Virus record (IMG/VR): IMGVR_UViG_3300025120_000001
Coordinates: 1-64,000 of that record
Length of the DNA: 64,000 nucleotides
Origin: a virus
Direction: 5' to 3' (one strand)
The notes under the pieces are model-generated. The model saw nothing but the letters and a program-made list of their open reading frames with translations. It made no database searches and was not told the origin of the DNA. The translations under genes and the position numbers were made by a program. This document shows positions 28,337-38,157 of this stretch, piece by piece (position 1 is the first letter of the stretch; each line of letters begins with the position of its first letter).

Positions 28337-30311
28337 AACCTTATCTAATTGTTTTGTAGCAGTTTTTCGTCATTATAAAACTTCTGAACAGAAGATTTAT
28401 ATAGTACATGACTTGCAAAATGATTTTGATAAATTCATAGAGTTTTTACATCAAAATAGAGATGAGAAGCAATGGCATATATCTTATAATGGATTAGCCT
28501 TTGATGCTCAAGTCACTCAGTATATACTAAACAACCATGAGTTGTGGTCTAATATGTCCGGTTGTGCAATAGCAGAAGTCATTTATGCATTTGCTCAAGA
28601 AACAATAGCTAGACAGAATAGAAAAGAATGGGGTATCTTTGCGCCATGGCATTTACAGATAGGTCAAATAGACATATTTAAAATGCATCACTGGGATAAT
28701 CCAGCCAAGCGTTCTAGTCTTAAATGGATACAGTATAGCATGGATTGGGAAAACTTACAGGACATGCCTATTGAGCATACTGCAAAAATTGAGACACAAG
28801 AAGAACTTGATATTATAGTTGGATACTGCATTAATGATGTAGAATCTACTAAAGCTATATTTGATAGATCTAAGTCTCAAATTAAACTGCGCAAAGAACT
28901 TACGGGTAAGTATAACATTGATTTATTTAGTGCGTCTGAACCACGCATTGCTAAAGAATTGTTTGCATACTTTTTAAGTAGAAAGTTAAATGTAAGCGCT
29001 AGAGAGATAAAGAGTATGAAAACTTATAGGAATGTGATTAAGGTTAAAGATCTTATACTTCCTTACATAGAGTTTAAGTCTCCTATATTTCAACAGGCTT
29101 TAAATAAATTTAATACTTTAGAGTTGGATGCAATGCAGCTAAAGGGTCAGTTTAAATATGAGCTTGAGCACAAAGGTGTTCACACTACTTTTGCATTAGG
29201 CGGCATACATGGCGCTAGAAAGAGCGGTGTTTATAAATCAGATGATGATCATATTATAATGTCTTCAGATGTTACCAGTTTCTATCCTAATTTAGTTATA
29301 AGGAATAACTGGTCACCAGCTCATTTCCCCAAGGAAGAGTTTTGTGCGCTATATGAATGGATTTTTGATGAAAGGGTTAAAATCCCAAAGTCTAATCTTA
29401 TGAATTACGTGTATAAAATTATACTTAATTCAATATTTGGTTTAAGCAATGAGGAAAATAGTTTCTTTTATGATCCGGAATTATGTATGCGTATAACTCT
29501 TAATGGCCAATTAAGCCTTATGATGTTGTATGACATGATACTTGACGGAATACCTGAAGCATTTGGTTTATTGCAAAATACAGATGGAGTTGAGATTAGA
29601 ATCCCAAGAGATAAAAAAGATCTTTACCTTAAGATTTGCAAAGAATGGGAGGATATAACTGATCTAAACCTTGAGCATGATACATATCAAAAGATCGTTC
29701 TTGGTGATGTCAATAATTACATTGGTATTAATGATTTTAAATCTGTAGATATAACTACATGGAGAAAAACTAAAGAGGATAACCCTCATTATTTATTTAA
29801 AGTAAAAGGTTCTGATTTTATGTATGCCCCTGTTAAACTCAAGGGTAGATATAACTTTCATGAACTTGCACTACATAAAAATAAGTCTAAGTTGGTAGTT
29901 AAAAAAGCTATCTACAATTATTTTGTTAAAGATATCTTACCTGAAGATTATCTTGCAAAGAATAGAAATATACTTGATTACTGTATAGGTATGAAATCTA
30001 AAGGTAAATGGAAACAAGTAGCTAGATCTACTCCAAATGGTAAATACCATGAGGAGGATTTGCAAAAGACTAACAGATATTATATATCTAAACAAAGTAG
30101 TAAGAGCGTTAAAATAACTAAAGTCAATAAAGATGACGGTAGGCAAATACAATGTGAAGCCGGAAAATGGATGCAGACTATATTCAATGAAATAAAGCTG
30201 CAGCCTAAGTGGGAAGATTATGATATTGATTTAGGATATTATAGTAAAGCCATTGAATCTGAAATAGACTCCATATTAAATGTTAGTATTAACCAATTAG
30301 AACTATTTTAA
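28311..30311 (+). CDS. Family B DNA polymerase with 3'-5' exonuclease
   Basis: ExoI DYET, ExoII YNG..FD, ExoIII YC.ND; motif A DVTSFYPN, motif B KIILNSIFG, motif C NTDG. Confidence 0.93.
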   Translation: MNHWIMDYETLSNCFVAVFRHYKTSEQKIYIVHDLQNDFDKFIEFLHQNRDEKQWHISYNGLAFDAQVTQYILNNHELWSNMSGCAIAEVIYAFAQETIARQNRKEWGIFAPWHLQIGQIDIFKMHHWDNPAKRSSLKWIQYSMDWENLQDMPIEHTAKIETQEELDIIVGYCINDVESTKAIFDRSKSQIKLRKELTGKYNIDLFSASEPRIAKELFAYFLSRKLNVSAREIKSMKTYRNVIKVKDLILPYIEFKSPIFQQALNKFNTLELDAMQLKGQFKYELEHKGVHTTFALGGIHGARKSGVYKSDDDHIIMSSDVTSFYPNLVIRNNWSPAHFPKEEFCALYEWIFDERVKIPKSNLMNYVYKIILNSIFGLSNEENSFFYDPELCMRITLNGQLSLMMLYDMILDGIPEAFGLLQNTDGVEIRIPRDKKDLYLKICKEWEDITDLNLEHDTYQKIVLGDVNNYIGINDFKSVDITTWRKTKEDNPHYLFKVKGSDFMYAPVKLKGRYNFHELALHKNKSKLVVKKAIYNYFVKDILPEDYLAKNRNILDYCIGMKSKGKWKQVARSTPNGKYHEEDLQKTNRYYISKQSSKSVKITKVNKDDGRQIQCEAGKWMQTIFNEIKLQPKWEDYDIDLGYYSKAIESEIDSILNVSINQLELF

Positions 30312-30405
30312 TGAACGATGACATATTAAAATTAGTAAAAGACATAGGTTTTGTCATTTTATGTATATTAATTCTTTACCTGGTTATAATGTAACCGGGT
30401 AAGAA

Positions 30406-30437
30406 TTTGTTTTAAACAAAAATAATTTATATATTTA
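30406..30437 (+). promoter_or_regulatory. Bacteroidota-type promoter variant
   Basis: TTTG-N20-TATATTTA upstream of 30456. Confidence 0.55.
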
Positions 30438-30455
30438 CACTTATAAAGTTTACAT

Positions 30456-31373
30456 ATGAAAAGTAAAATAGAAGTAACAAGAGATTTTGTTATAAATGCA
30501 CCGTTGCCATCTCATGGAGATACATACACGGTTATATCACACAAATTTGTAATTGATAACACTAAGCAAATGCTTGCTAATAGTGGATTTCTAATTACAA
30601 ATGAAATTTATAGAGCTAACAATCGCGGAGAAGTAGCTCAAGGAATATATCATATAAAGCCAATATCAGGACAATCTGATAGTGAGCTGGGTATGATGTT
30701 TGCTTGGACAAATTCTTATGATAAATCAATAAGATTTCAGTGCGCTATTGGAGCACATGTATTTGCATGTTCTAATGGAATGGTTTGCGGTGAGTTAAAC
30801 TATGCTAGAAAGCATACAGGAACTGCAGATGAAGAGATTAAAATGCAGATATCAAGTCAGATTAAGAATGCTCAGAAAGCTTTTGACAGAATAACGAAAG
30901 ATAGAGATAGTCTAAGAACTGTAGTTCTAAATAAGCAGCAACAAGCAGAGTTATTAGGGCGTATGTATTTTAATGAAGATCTTATTAGTCCTAGACAAAT
31001 GACTTGCGTAAAAGATGAAATGGAAACCCCTTCTTTTGATTACCAATGTGATCAAGAAAATGCATGGGCTTTCTATAATCATATAACGCATTCATATAAG
31101 TCTGTGCACCCTAGATCTTGGTTAAGTGATACTAAAAACTTTCATGATTTTATGATGGCCAATGTATTAAAAGGTATGGGTATTACCCAACAAGATACCA
31201 TTAATACAGAGGAGGAAGTAGAAACTATGACTGAAGAAGAATTATCATCACAATTACATGGTGTAGATAATAACCCTGAAGTAGTTATGGTTGATTCTGA
31301 AGAGCCAATAGCAGATAGTATAGGTAACGTAGATTACCAAGAAGTTGATGAAGATTTTGACTTTGAAATTTGA
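30456..31373 (+). CDS. DUF932/DUF945-like protein
   Basis: NSYD.S..F..A.G..VFACSNGMV.G…RKHTG; acidic tail. Confidence 0.7.
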   Translation: MKSKIEVTRDFVINAPLPSHGDTYTVISHKFVIDNTKQMLANSGFLITNEIYRANNRGEVAQGIYHIKPISGQSDSELGMMFAWTNSYDKSIRFQCAIGAHVFACSNGMVCGELNYARKHTGTADEEIKMQISSQIKNAQKAFDRITKDRDSLRTVVLNKQQQAELLGRMYFNEDLISPRQMTCVKDEMETPSFDYQCDQENAWAFYNHITHSYKSVHPRSWLSDTKNFHDFMMANVLKGMGITQQDTINTEEEVETMTEEELSSQLHGVDNNPEVVMVDSEEPIADSIGNVDYQEVDEDFDFEI

Positions 31374-31612
31374 TAGTAGCAGGCCTGATATTTAAAGCTA
31401 TTATAGCTTTCCTTTTAATCTATTTAGTAGCTAGTAGAAAGGACCCGCAGGCTTAGCGGTTTTAAAAACGTCATCCATGATAAATAAATAGGGCAAACCA
31501 ACCTCGCTAGTTAAGACGTTCTAGTGGGTATGCCTTTTACTAATTCTTAAAAGCTTATCACTTGTTTTTGAAAGATGTCTTAAGATTCTTTTTTTAAGAT
31601 ATATCTTTTTCA

Positions 31613-33454
31613 TTAAGCTGGTGGATCAGATGGTTGATTAACCTTTCTCATTGCAGCTGTAATTTCATGAGCTGTAAATGTGATTGGTCCAGGAGAAGGT
31701 TGAGAAGTTGATGACATAGCTACACCCCATTGCTTTCCTACATAAACATCAGTGGTACTACTTGAAGATGAAGCTACTAAAAAGAAGAAACAAAACTCCC
31801 CATCTGCAGCAGGATTACCTGCCCAGTCTAATAAATCACTTACAAGTATATCAAATGTAAAATGATATATTGAAACATCTGATGCATCTCCATCTGCACC
31901 TACAGTTTCCCAACCATATGTTGGGAGTGTTGTACTTGATGAAGTATGATGTAAACCACAATGTATAAATTCTCCAGAAGATGTTCCGGTTCTTACAGAC
32001 ATTTCAACAAATATTCTTACATAATTTGCTGTATTTGATGGTCTGTCAATATGCATAACAACATTATGTGTTGGAGCAGCCAAAGAAGGAACAGCAGGAT
32101 TAAATGGAAGTAATTCAAATGTAGTACTATTTGCTAATGAAATAGTAGCATAATCAGTAACAGCTGATGTATTTACTTTACAAACAGAAGTTTGCAAAAA
32201 CTTAAAGTCATCAACAGTGTCAAACTCAATATCCATTTTATTTTCTAAAGTATCATCTGTTATAGTAACTCCAACAGTAGTTGTATCTTTAAAATTTAAT
32301 CTAGATGAATCCCCAACAATTACATTATTTTCTAATATATCAATTGTTGCTGTATTAGTTGTAGGTCCATAACCTGTTTGAAATTTAATATCATCTAAAG
32401 CAAATCCAGCCGGTGCAAGTGAGGGTCTATTTGGATATAGTGTAAACCATAAACCACCTATAGTTGTATTTTGCGTAAACATTGAAAAACCAGATAGAGG
32501 AAGATTTACAAGTTGCCATGTTCCAATTGCAGAAGCTGTCATATCTATAAGACCTTCAATCTTTCTATAACCAATTCTCGTATTACCATCAGTAAAAACC
32601 GTATCAGCCCAACCAAAAACATAAAATCTAGATACGCCTGCAGCAACTAAGTCTTCTGTTATCTGAATTCTAAAGCTTAAAATACTATACTGAGATCTAC
32701 TTATAGGCGAAGGTGCTACAAATCCAACACCTCTGTTCCATCCATATTGTCCTACACTGCCTAAAACACATTCTGTACCTTGAAAAGGTGTAGGTGTTGT
32801 TGATGAAAAATCAGCAGTATTATTAGTACCAAATGTTGCTCCTGTCCAATCTGGAGTAGATCCTTCTCTATAAACATACTCTGTAGTAATGTTTGGAGTT
32901 GAAGCATTTGTTCCTACTAATATAAATTGAACTAAAACTTGATCAATGCCAACTGTTGGTGTAATTGGTGTTGCAGAAGGAGTTCCTTGAACTACAGATA
33001 CAACTCCGCTTACGTCAGCAACAATTGCATCAAATCTTCCATTAGTAGGATCACCATTATTTAAAGTAACTGAAACTGCAGTACTACTATAGTTATTGCC
33101 ATCTATTATATAAGTTAAATTACTAACATCAAAAACTAAACCTGTTCCTGAATATGAGGCAAATCCTGATAATAGTTGGGTACCTGTTGATGATCCTCCA
33201 TTAATAGCAACTAATGGATTAATTGCTGTACCATCTCCTGTTATTGTAGAACCATCTGTAACAACATCTGTTAATGCTTGAGCATCGTATGCACCTATTA
33301 TTGTACCAGCTGCATCTTTATAATTTACAAGTTCTGTATTTAAATCATAAAAGTATGTATCATTTGGTACACTAGGCCAATCTACTGAACTGTCTGTAGT
33401 GTGTGTATAAAGCACACCGGCCCCCATCTTTGTTGTTACTACTACTACTGCCAT
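31613..33454 (-). CDS. Tail fibre / receptor-binding protein with carbohydrate-binding-like domain
   Basis: T/G/S-rich; GDGT…PL; WQLVNLPLS.F…ALDDIKF (CBM-like). Confidence 0.6.
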   Translation of the reverse strand: MAVVVVTTKMGAGVLYTHTTDSSVDWPSVPNDTYFYDLNTELVNYKDAAGTIIGAYDAQALTDVVTDGSTITGDGTAINPLVAINGGSSTGTQLLSGFASYSGTGLVFDVSNLTYIIDGNNYSSTAVSVTLNNGDPTNGRFDAIVADVSGVVSVVQGTPSATPITPTVGIDQVLVQFILVGTNASTPNITTEYVYREGSTPDWTGATFGTNNTADFSSTTPTPFQGTECVLGSVGQYGWNRGVGFVAPSPISRSQYSILSFRIQITEDLVAAGVSRFYVFGWADTVFTDGNTRIGYRKIEGLIDMTASAIGTWQLVNLPLSGFSMFTQNTTIGGLWFTLYPNRPSLAPAGFALDDIKFQTGYGPTTNTATIDILENNVIVGDSSRLNFKDTTTVGVTITDDTLENKMDIEFDTVDDFKFLQTSVCKVNTSAVTDYATISLANSTTFELLPFNPAVPSLAAPTHNVVMHIDRPSNTANYVRIFVEMSVRTGTSSGEFIHCGLHHTSSSTTLPTYGWETVGADGDASDVSIYHFTFDILVSDLLDWAGNPAADGEFCFFFLVASSSSSTTDVYVGKQWGVAMSSTSQPSPGPITFTAHEITAAMRKVNQPSDPPA

Positions 33455-33457
33455 GTT

Positions 33458-33676
33458 TTATTTCTTTTTTCTCAAAGTTCTTTTCTTAACTGGAGATTTT
33501 CTAGCACGGCTAGTTACAGCACCGCCAAGTTTCATTAAGTTATCTGCTTGACTTTTAGCTGCCTTTTTAACATCTCTCATTAAAGAAGTATTTTTTTTAA
33601 TTTCTTCTGCTCTTTGTAGAGTTGATATAGCAGATTCAACTTCCCATTTTTTCATTTCACTTTTGCTTGGTTTCAT
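33458..33676 (-). CDS. Small basic protein
   Basis: K/R-rich; MKLGG motif. Confidence 0.7.
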   Translation of the reverse strand: MKPSKSEMKKWEVESAISTLQRAEEIKKNTSLMRDVKKAAKSQADNLMKLGGAVTSRARKSPVKKRTLRKKK

Positions 33677-33686
33677 AATTTATATT

Positions 33687-35474
33687 TTAAACATACATGT
33701 TTCCTTGCGGATCCGGTGTATTAGTTGTTGTTTGTGTTATACTTACTAATGGTGTACCAAGGCTATTATCGCCTGTTCTAAATGAACAGTTAGCATAAGC
33801 CAAGTCTTGATTTGTATTAGTTCCTTCAATGCATATACCAGCATCTTGATCAGTACTAAAACTAGAGTTTAATATTGTAATTAAATTTTTATATGATAAG
33901 CCTGAGTTGACTGAATCAAGTTCACAAGCAAGACTTTCCCCTGCAGCTGAACAATTTTCAAGTGTAAGGATATTATCATTAGTACCTTTTATATTATTTG
34001 CTATAATGACTAGACCTGTGGTATTTAATACACTAGAAGATCCTGAACAATTTAAAATTTTTGTTTTTTGGTTAGAACCACCTTGTTTAACTATTACCAA
34101 ACCAGATGCATTCACATCTCCGTTGCTAAATCCATGACAATCCTGAGCTGAGAGTACATCAATTAATTTAACACCACCGTGTATATACGGTTGCGTACCT
34201 GCAGTAATTGTTGTAGTACGGCCCGTACAATTATTTACACTTTTTCCTTCTATAATGACGCCACTGCCTGTAAGTGAATATCCTTTTATACCTACAGTAT
34301 TACAATTTTTTAAATATGCACCTGCCTCGTTATCACTACCTTTGTGATAGCCAACGCAATTCACAACTTCAGCTTCTTCTAAGTTAAGACCAATAGATTG
34401 TGGGCTTTCGCCTGTGCAATTAATAACAAGTCCATCTCTACTACCAGCTGTTGTACTTATACCGGCAGATTCTGTACCATATCCATAGCAATCCCTTAAT
34501 CTATAATCATTTGCTAATGCAATTCCTCCTTTATCTCCAAAAGCTTCCGCACCATATATTTTTGAAGCTGATACATATATAGCCCAACCATCCAAATTTA
34601 TAAACTTAACGCCAAAACAAGCTATACTACTTTCATTTATTAATTCAAGAGCTAGAGTATTACTTTCTATTCCCGGGTTATTCTGACCTGTTCTTACAAC
34701 ATTTCCATTATACATACTTAACTGGACTGCTCCAGATACAGTATCAGTAAATGCACTTGATGTATCAGTATTTGAATAAGTAACCGTAAAGCCATTTAAA
34801 TTTATATTTACTTGATCTTTAAAATCAAAACCAGTTCCAGTTGATAAAGTATAGTTTGCATGTAATGTTATAGTATCACCGGCTACAGCTGCAGCAACAG
34901 CGGCAGAGTATTCAGAATAATAAGTAAGCTCACCTAGAGCGTCTACTGTGGACCATACACCAAAAGAAGAAGATCCTGCAGAAAGATCAATTGTATCTGC
35001 ATTGTCAGTTATCGTTACAGTTCCATCTACACTAGTAAGACTTTTAAATTCAAAGTCTTCTCCTGTTTTTTGTTTGAAGCATCCAGCACCAGTTCCAATA
35101 TTAGATGCGGTGTTTGCTTCAGCTAAGTTATCAAATTCAACAAAGTCTCCATTTTCAGTTATAGTAAGATTTAAGCTAAGAGATTTAAGTTTGCGGAAAT
35201 TATCAAAACAATCACCGGTTATTGGATCTGTAGTTGTGTCTTTAAATACCCCAGCGCTTGGATCACCTAATGGTATATTTACATTTTCACATTCAGCACT
35301 TGCTAAAAAATCTTTATACTTAACTAGTTTTACGTCTTTATAGGGAACCGGAGAAGCAATACCCTCTATATCTGGTTCTTCACTTATGCCTATAACTAAG
35401 ACATCGTCTGGTTTAACATGATTTCTAAATTTCTTTCTTTTGAAAAGACTTAATATGTCAGTTAGAATATTCAT
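33687..35474 (-). CDS. Tail spike with pectin-lyase-like beta-helix
   Basis: AAVAAAVAGDTITL helix cap and repeated NCxG beta-rungs; NTASNIGTGAGCFKQK..FKSL linker. Confidence 0.65.
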   Translation of the reverse strand: MNILTDILSLFKRKKFRNHVKPDDVLVIGISEEPDIEGIASPVPYKDVKLVKYKDFLASAECENVNIPLGDPSAGVFKDTTTDPITGDCFDNFRKLKSLSLNLTITENGDFVEFDNLAEANTASNIGTGAGCFKQKTGEDFEFKSLTSVDGTVTITDNADTIDLSAGSSSFGVWSTVDALGELTYYSEYSAAVAAAVAGDTITLHANYTLSTGTGFDFKDQVNINLNGFTVTYSNTDTSSAFTDTVSGAVQLSMYNGNVVRTGQNNPGIESNTLALELINESSIACFGVKFINLDGWAIYVSASKIYGAEAFGDKGGIALANDYRLRDCYGYGTESAGISTTAGSRDGLVINCTGESPQSIGLNLEEAEVVNCVGYHKGSDNEAGAYLKNCNTVGIKGYSLTGSGVIIEGKSVNNCTGRTTTITAGTQPYIHGGVKLIDVLSAQDCHGFSNGDVNASGLVIVKQGGSNQKTKILNCSGSSSVLNTTGLVIIANNIKGTNDNILTLENCSAAGESLACELDSVNSGLSYKNLITILNSSFSTDQDAGICIEGTNTNQDLAYANCSFRTGDNSLGTPLVSITQTTTNTPDPQGNMYV

Positions 35475-35665
35475 CTTCTTTTTCCGTGATATGTGTTAGC
35501 TGTTGGAACAGTGCCTCCCATATTCATTTTTTTACTACATCCGCAATCTTTACCTTTCATATATGCATTATTAGCAGATCCAGGCATTGTCATATCTAAT
35601 CTTCCAGACATTGATGTTAAAAGAGAAGGTTGACCTCCTTGTTTATATTTTATTTTCTTAGCCAT
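35471..35665 (-). CDS. Small basic protein with KYKQGG / KMNMGG motifs
   Basis: ORF track; coupled. Confidence 0.7.
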   Translation of the reverse strand: MAKKIKYKQGGQPSLLTSMSGRLDMTMPGSANNAYMKGKDCGCSKKMNMGGTVPTANTYHGKRR

Positions 35666-35667
35666 AA

Positions 35668-35811
35668 TTATATGTTTAATGTTAAAGTTACTATTACTAA
35701 ATATAACTTAAAAGTATTATAGTCATATTCCTCGTCAGCTCTTATAGATTCCCATCCTAATGCGCATCTATCATGCGGCCAATGAAATACTACTAGTAGT
35801 TCCCAGTCCAT
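35668..35811 (-). CDS. Small protein (47 aa, not in track)
   Basis: MDWELLVVFHWPHDRCALGWE…KLYLVIVTLTLNI; TAATG coupling. Confidence 0.65.
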   Translation of the reverse strand: MDWELLVVFHWPHDRCALGWESIRADEEYDYNTFKLYLVIVTLTLNI

Positions 35812-35993
35812 TATACTCTATATCTTACTTTTGCACCACATCCCTTTCTCTTGCATTTTTTTACCGCTCTTTTCCTTCTACGGTTAGTGCCTCGGTTACC
35901 ACCTCTTTTTTTACCAGGACCAGAACCTCCAAATTGACTTTCCATGACGTCTCCGCCATTCATGAATTTTTTAGTTAAAAGTTTATCATTCAT
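35811..35993 (-). CDS. Small basic protein with KFMNGG motif
   Basis: G/K/R-rich. Confidence 0.65.
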   Translation of the reverse strand: MNDKLLTKKFMNGGDVMESQFGGSGPGKKRGGNRGTNRRRKRAVKKCKRKGCGAKVRYRV

Positions 35994-35997
35994 TTTA

Positions 35998-36099
35998 TTA
36001 CAATTTACTTTTAGTTTTATGGCAAAGACCTATACGGCAATGTCCTAAACAAACCTTGCCTCTAGTTAACCATTGTAAAAATATGCATATATTTCTCAT
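35998..36099 (-). CDS. Cys-rich micro-protein (33 aa, not in track)
   Basis: MRNICIFLQWLTRGKVCLGHCRIGLCHK; ATGA coupling. Confidence 0.5.
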   Translation of the reverse strand: MRNICIFLQWLTRGKVCLGHCRIGLCHKTKSKL

Positions 36100-36230
36100 T
36101 TTCCTTGACCTTTATATTTTTTTAAATAGTACTTACTACTTTTTAATTTAGAAGTCTTGCTTTTAGAGTGTATGCCTGGTCTAGTCTTCCTTGTCTCTTT
36201 TTCTAAACCACCCTTTTCTTTTAGTCTCAT
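36096..36230 (-). CDS. Small basic protein
   Basis: RPGIHSKSKTSK..YLKKYKGQGK; start moved to MRLKE. Confidence 0.6.
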   Translation of the reverse strand: MRLKEKGGLEKETRKTRPGIHSKSKTSKLKSSKYYLKKYKGQGK

Positions 36231-36639
36231 TATGCATTTGTGCTTTTGCGTTTGTATCTTTAACCTTTTCAATGGACCTTCCTCCAAAGTAAGCTCCTAT
36301 TACAGTAAGCAATGTAATCTCTAAAAAGCTAATCCATTTATCTTCTACTTTAAAATCTAAAAAGCCCGCATCAATAAAAACTAAAATCATAGTACACACT
36401 ACTAAGAATATCAAAACCATTGGCCTAACATTCTTAGATAGCCAAGAGTCTGAATTCATATCAGCCTCCCATCTTTTTGTTACGTTCTCTTGAATAGTAT
36501 CTTCACTATCCAGTAACATTTTCTGCATAGCATTTTTGAGAGTCATCTTCTCTTCTTTAGAAGTAACTACCTCATCAATGATCTTATCAGCTTTTCCAAA
36601 AAGACCTCCTAATAAATTGCCTATCCAAGGTGCTGCCAT
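36181..36639 (-). CDS. Holin (3TM GTA-holin-like)
   Basis: RWEADMNSDSWLSKNVRP, two TMs, AYFGGRSIEK. Confidence 0.75.
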   Translation of the reverse strand: MAAPWIGNLLGGLFGKADKIIDEVVTSKEEKMTLKNAMQKMLLDSEDTIQENVTKRWEADMNSDSWLSKNVRPMVLIFLVVCTMILVFIDAGFLDFKVEDKWISFLEITLLTVIGAYFGGRSIEKVKDTNAKAQMHNETKRKGWFRKRDKED

Positions 36640-36642
36640 AAT

Positions 36643-37308
36643 CTATCCTTTTTTCTTCATTCTAGACTGCATCTTTCTACCTCTCTTTTGAGATACTTGC
36701 TTGTTAGAGCCTTTACTTTTTACAGTTCTCTTTTGAGACATTCCCATTGGGCCTTTAGGACCAGCTTTAGAAACAGTTTTACTTTTACTTACTGTTGATT
36801 TAAATGGACCTATTGGATTTCTAACTGATTTTGTTTTAGTAATTGTTTTATCACCTCTCCTTTTAGTAACAGTTTTTGTAGTTACCGGACTTCCACCTAC
36901 AGTTCCTGGTCTAGGATTTTTTGTAGTAACACTTACAGTTCTTCTTTTTGCTTTTGGCTTACTTACAGTACCACTCGGCTTACTTACAGTGCCACTTGGT
37001 TTTCTATCTTCTGGTTTACTTACAGTGCCGCCAATTTGCATCTTAGACATTTGCTCTTTTCCGTACATTGCCTTATCATTATAGTAACCCATTGGATTAC
37101 CTACATAACTAGATGCTTTAGGACCACCACCGTGACCATATTTCTTTGTAGCAAGTCCTTTACCAAGCTTACCTTCTTTGGCCATTTTCTTAATTTTACG
37201 TTTAGTAGGGGTTTTTGTACCCATTCTACCTTCCATCATACCCTTTACTTTTCTAATTGTACCGCCACCTTGGTACTTCATTCCTGCTTTTTTCATATTT
37301 GCTGGCAT
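36643..37308 (-). CDS. Very basic low-complexity protein (possible DNA-condensing core protein)
   Basis: K/R/G/T-rich, almost no acidic residues; three K-[YM]-x-x-GG motifs. Confidence 0.7.
   Translation of the reverse strand: MPANMKKAGMKYQGGGTIRKVKGMMEGRMGTKTPTKRKIKKMAKEGKLGKGLATKKYGHGGGPKASSYVGNPMGYYNDKAMYGKEQMSKMQIGGTVSKPEDRKPSGTVSKPSGTVSKPKAKRRTVSVTTKNPRPGTVGGSPVTTKTVTKRRGDKTITKTKSVRNPIGPFKSTVSKSKTVSKAGPKGPMGMSQKRTVKSKGSNKQVSQKRGRKMQSRMKKKG
36956..37032 (-). repeat. 21-bp tandem coding repeat (PSGTVSK) x2 plus a partial copy
   Basis: GGCTTACTTACAGTRCCACT repeated. Confidence 0.8.
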
Positions 37309-37331
37309 AGCTTTAAATTTTAATTGTTTAT

Positions 37332-37547
37332 TTATTTTTTGTTTAACTTCTTTAGAGTTAATGCAAATCTAGCACGCTGTGCAGTTTTACTATTTCCCCC
37401 TTTAGCTTTTTCACGCAACCAAGAAACTTTAATAGTACCGTCTCCTTTTATAGCTCCTGCTCTTTTTGCAGTTGCAGTTAAAGAACCAGGCTTCTTAATA
37501 GCTTTTTTAATATTAAGTTTACTACTTTTTCTTTTTTGGGCTGCCAT
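37332..37547 (-). CDS. Small basic protein
   Basis: IKKAIKKPGSL…RARFALTLKK; start moved to MAAQK. Confidence 0.7.
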   Translation of the reverse strand: MAAQKRKSSKLNIKKAIKKPGSLTATAKRAGAIKGDGTIKVSWLREKAKGGNSKTAQRARFALTLKKLNKK

Positions 37548-37764
37548 TTTTATTAAATTTCTTTCCTTTGATTGCATCAACTACATCATCCATTTCATTG
37601 ACTGCATTCTTAGTTCTGCGTCCAACCTCTTTAGCCGCAGCAACTGTTTTTTCATCTACTGTAGTTAAAGACCATAACCACTTCCAACCAGCTAAGGCCC
37701 AGAGACAAATGTTTTGCAGTGATATTGTCCATATCACTTTAAAAATAATTTTTACAATTTTCAT
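37522..37764 (-). CDS. Small membrane-associated protein
   Basis: Start moved to MKIVK; WKWLWSLTTVDEK. Confidence 0.55.
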   Translation of the reverse strand: MKIVKIIFKVIWTISLQNICLWALAGWKWLWSLTTVDEKTVAAAKEVGRRTKNAVNEMDDVVDAIKGKKFNKNGSPKKKK

Positions 37765-37804
37765 AATATTGATATTTTTATCAGCTAATATTATAGCTGT
37801 AGTA

Positions 37805-37824
37805 TAGTATAAGATAACAAAAAT
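37805..37824 (-). promoter_or_regulatory. Putative phage late promoter (TTTTT-n-TATCTTATACTA)
   Basis: One of three copies of TAnnTTATAnTA. Confidence 0.4.
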
Positions 37825-37851
37825 TAATAACATTACCAAAAGAGCCATAGT

Positions 37852-38157
37852 TTAGATATTTCTTAGTCTTTCATTTTCTCTTTCAAGAAATGCAACTTTA
37901 GTTCTTAACTCAGCAACCTCTTCAGTAAGTGATAATATTTGTGCACGCATCTCATCTTTTTCTTCTGAACTTTCTTTTAAAAGAGTTTCAAGAGTGCGGA
38001 CTCTAGATCTTAAATCATCTCTATATAGATTTTGATCATCCTTCTTATCTTTCATTTGCTCTGATCTTAATTGTATTCTTTTTTCATAAAACTTCCAGGC
38101 CCCTGCTGAGAAGAGTACAGTTACAATTGTTACTATTACGGTGGTTAAGTTATCCAT
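37852..38157 (-). CDS. TM + coiled-coil protein (lysis-associated?)
   Basis: N-terminal TM followed by a long coiled coil. Confidence 0.65.
   Translation of the reverse strand: MDNLTTVIVTIVTVLFSAGAWKFYEKRIQLRSEQMKDKKDDQNLYRDDLRSRVRTLETLLKESSEEKDEMRAQILSLTEEVAELRTKVAFLERENERLRNI

Noticed and set aside
35695-35712. TATATTTA box on the minus strand as a promoter
   Set aside because: Lies inside the 47-aa CDS 35668-35811 and has no -33 element
36956-37032. 21-bp tandem repeat as iterons or a regulatory array
   Set aside because: In frame, varying at synonymous positions; explained by the PSGTVSK peptide repeat
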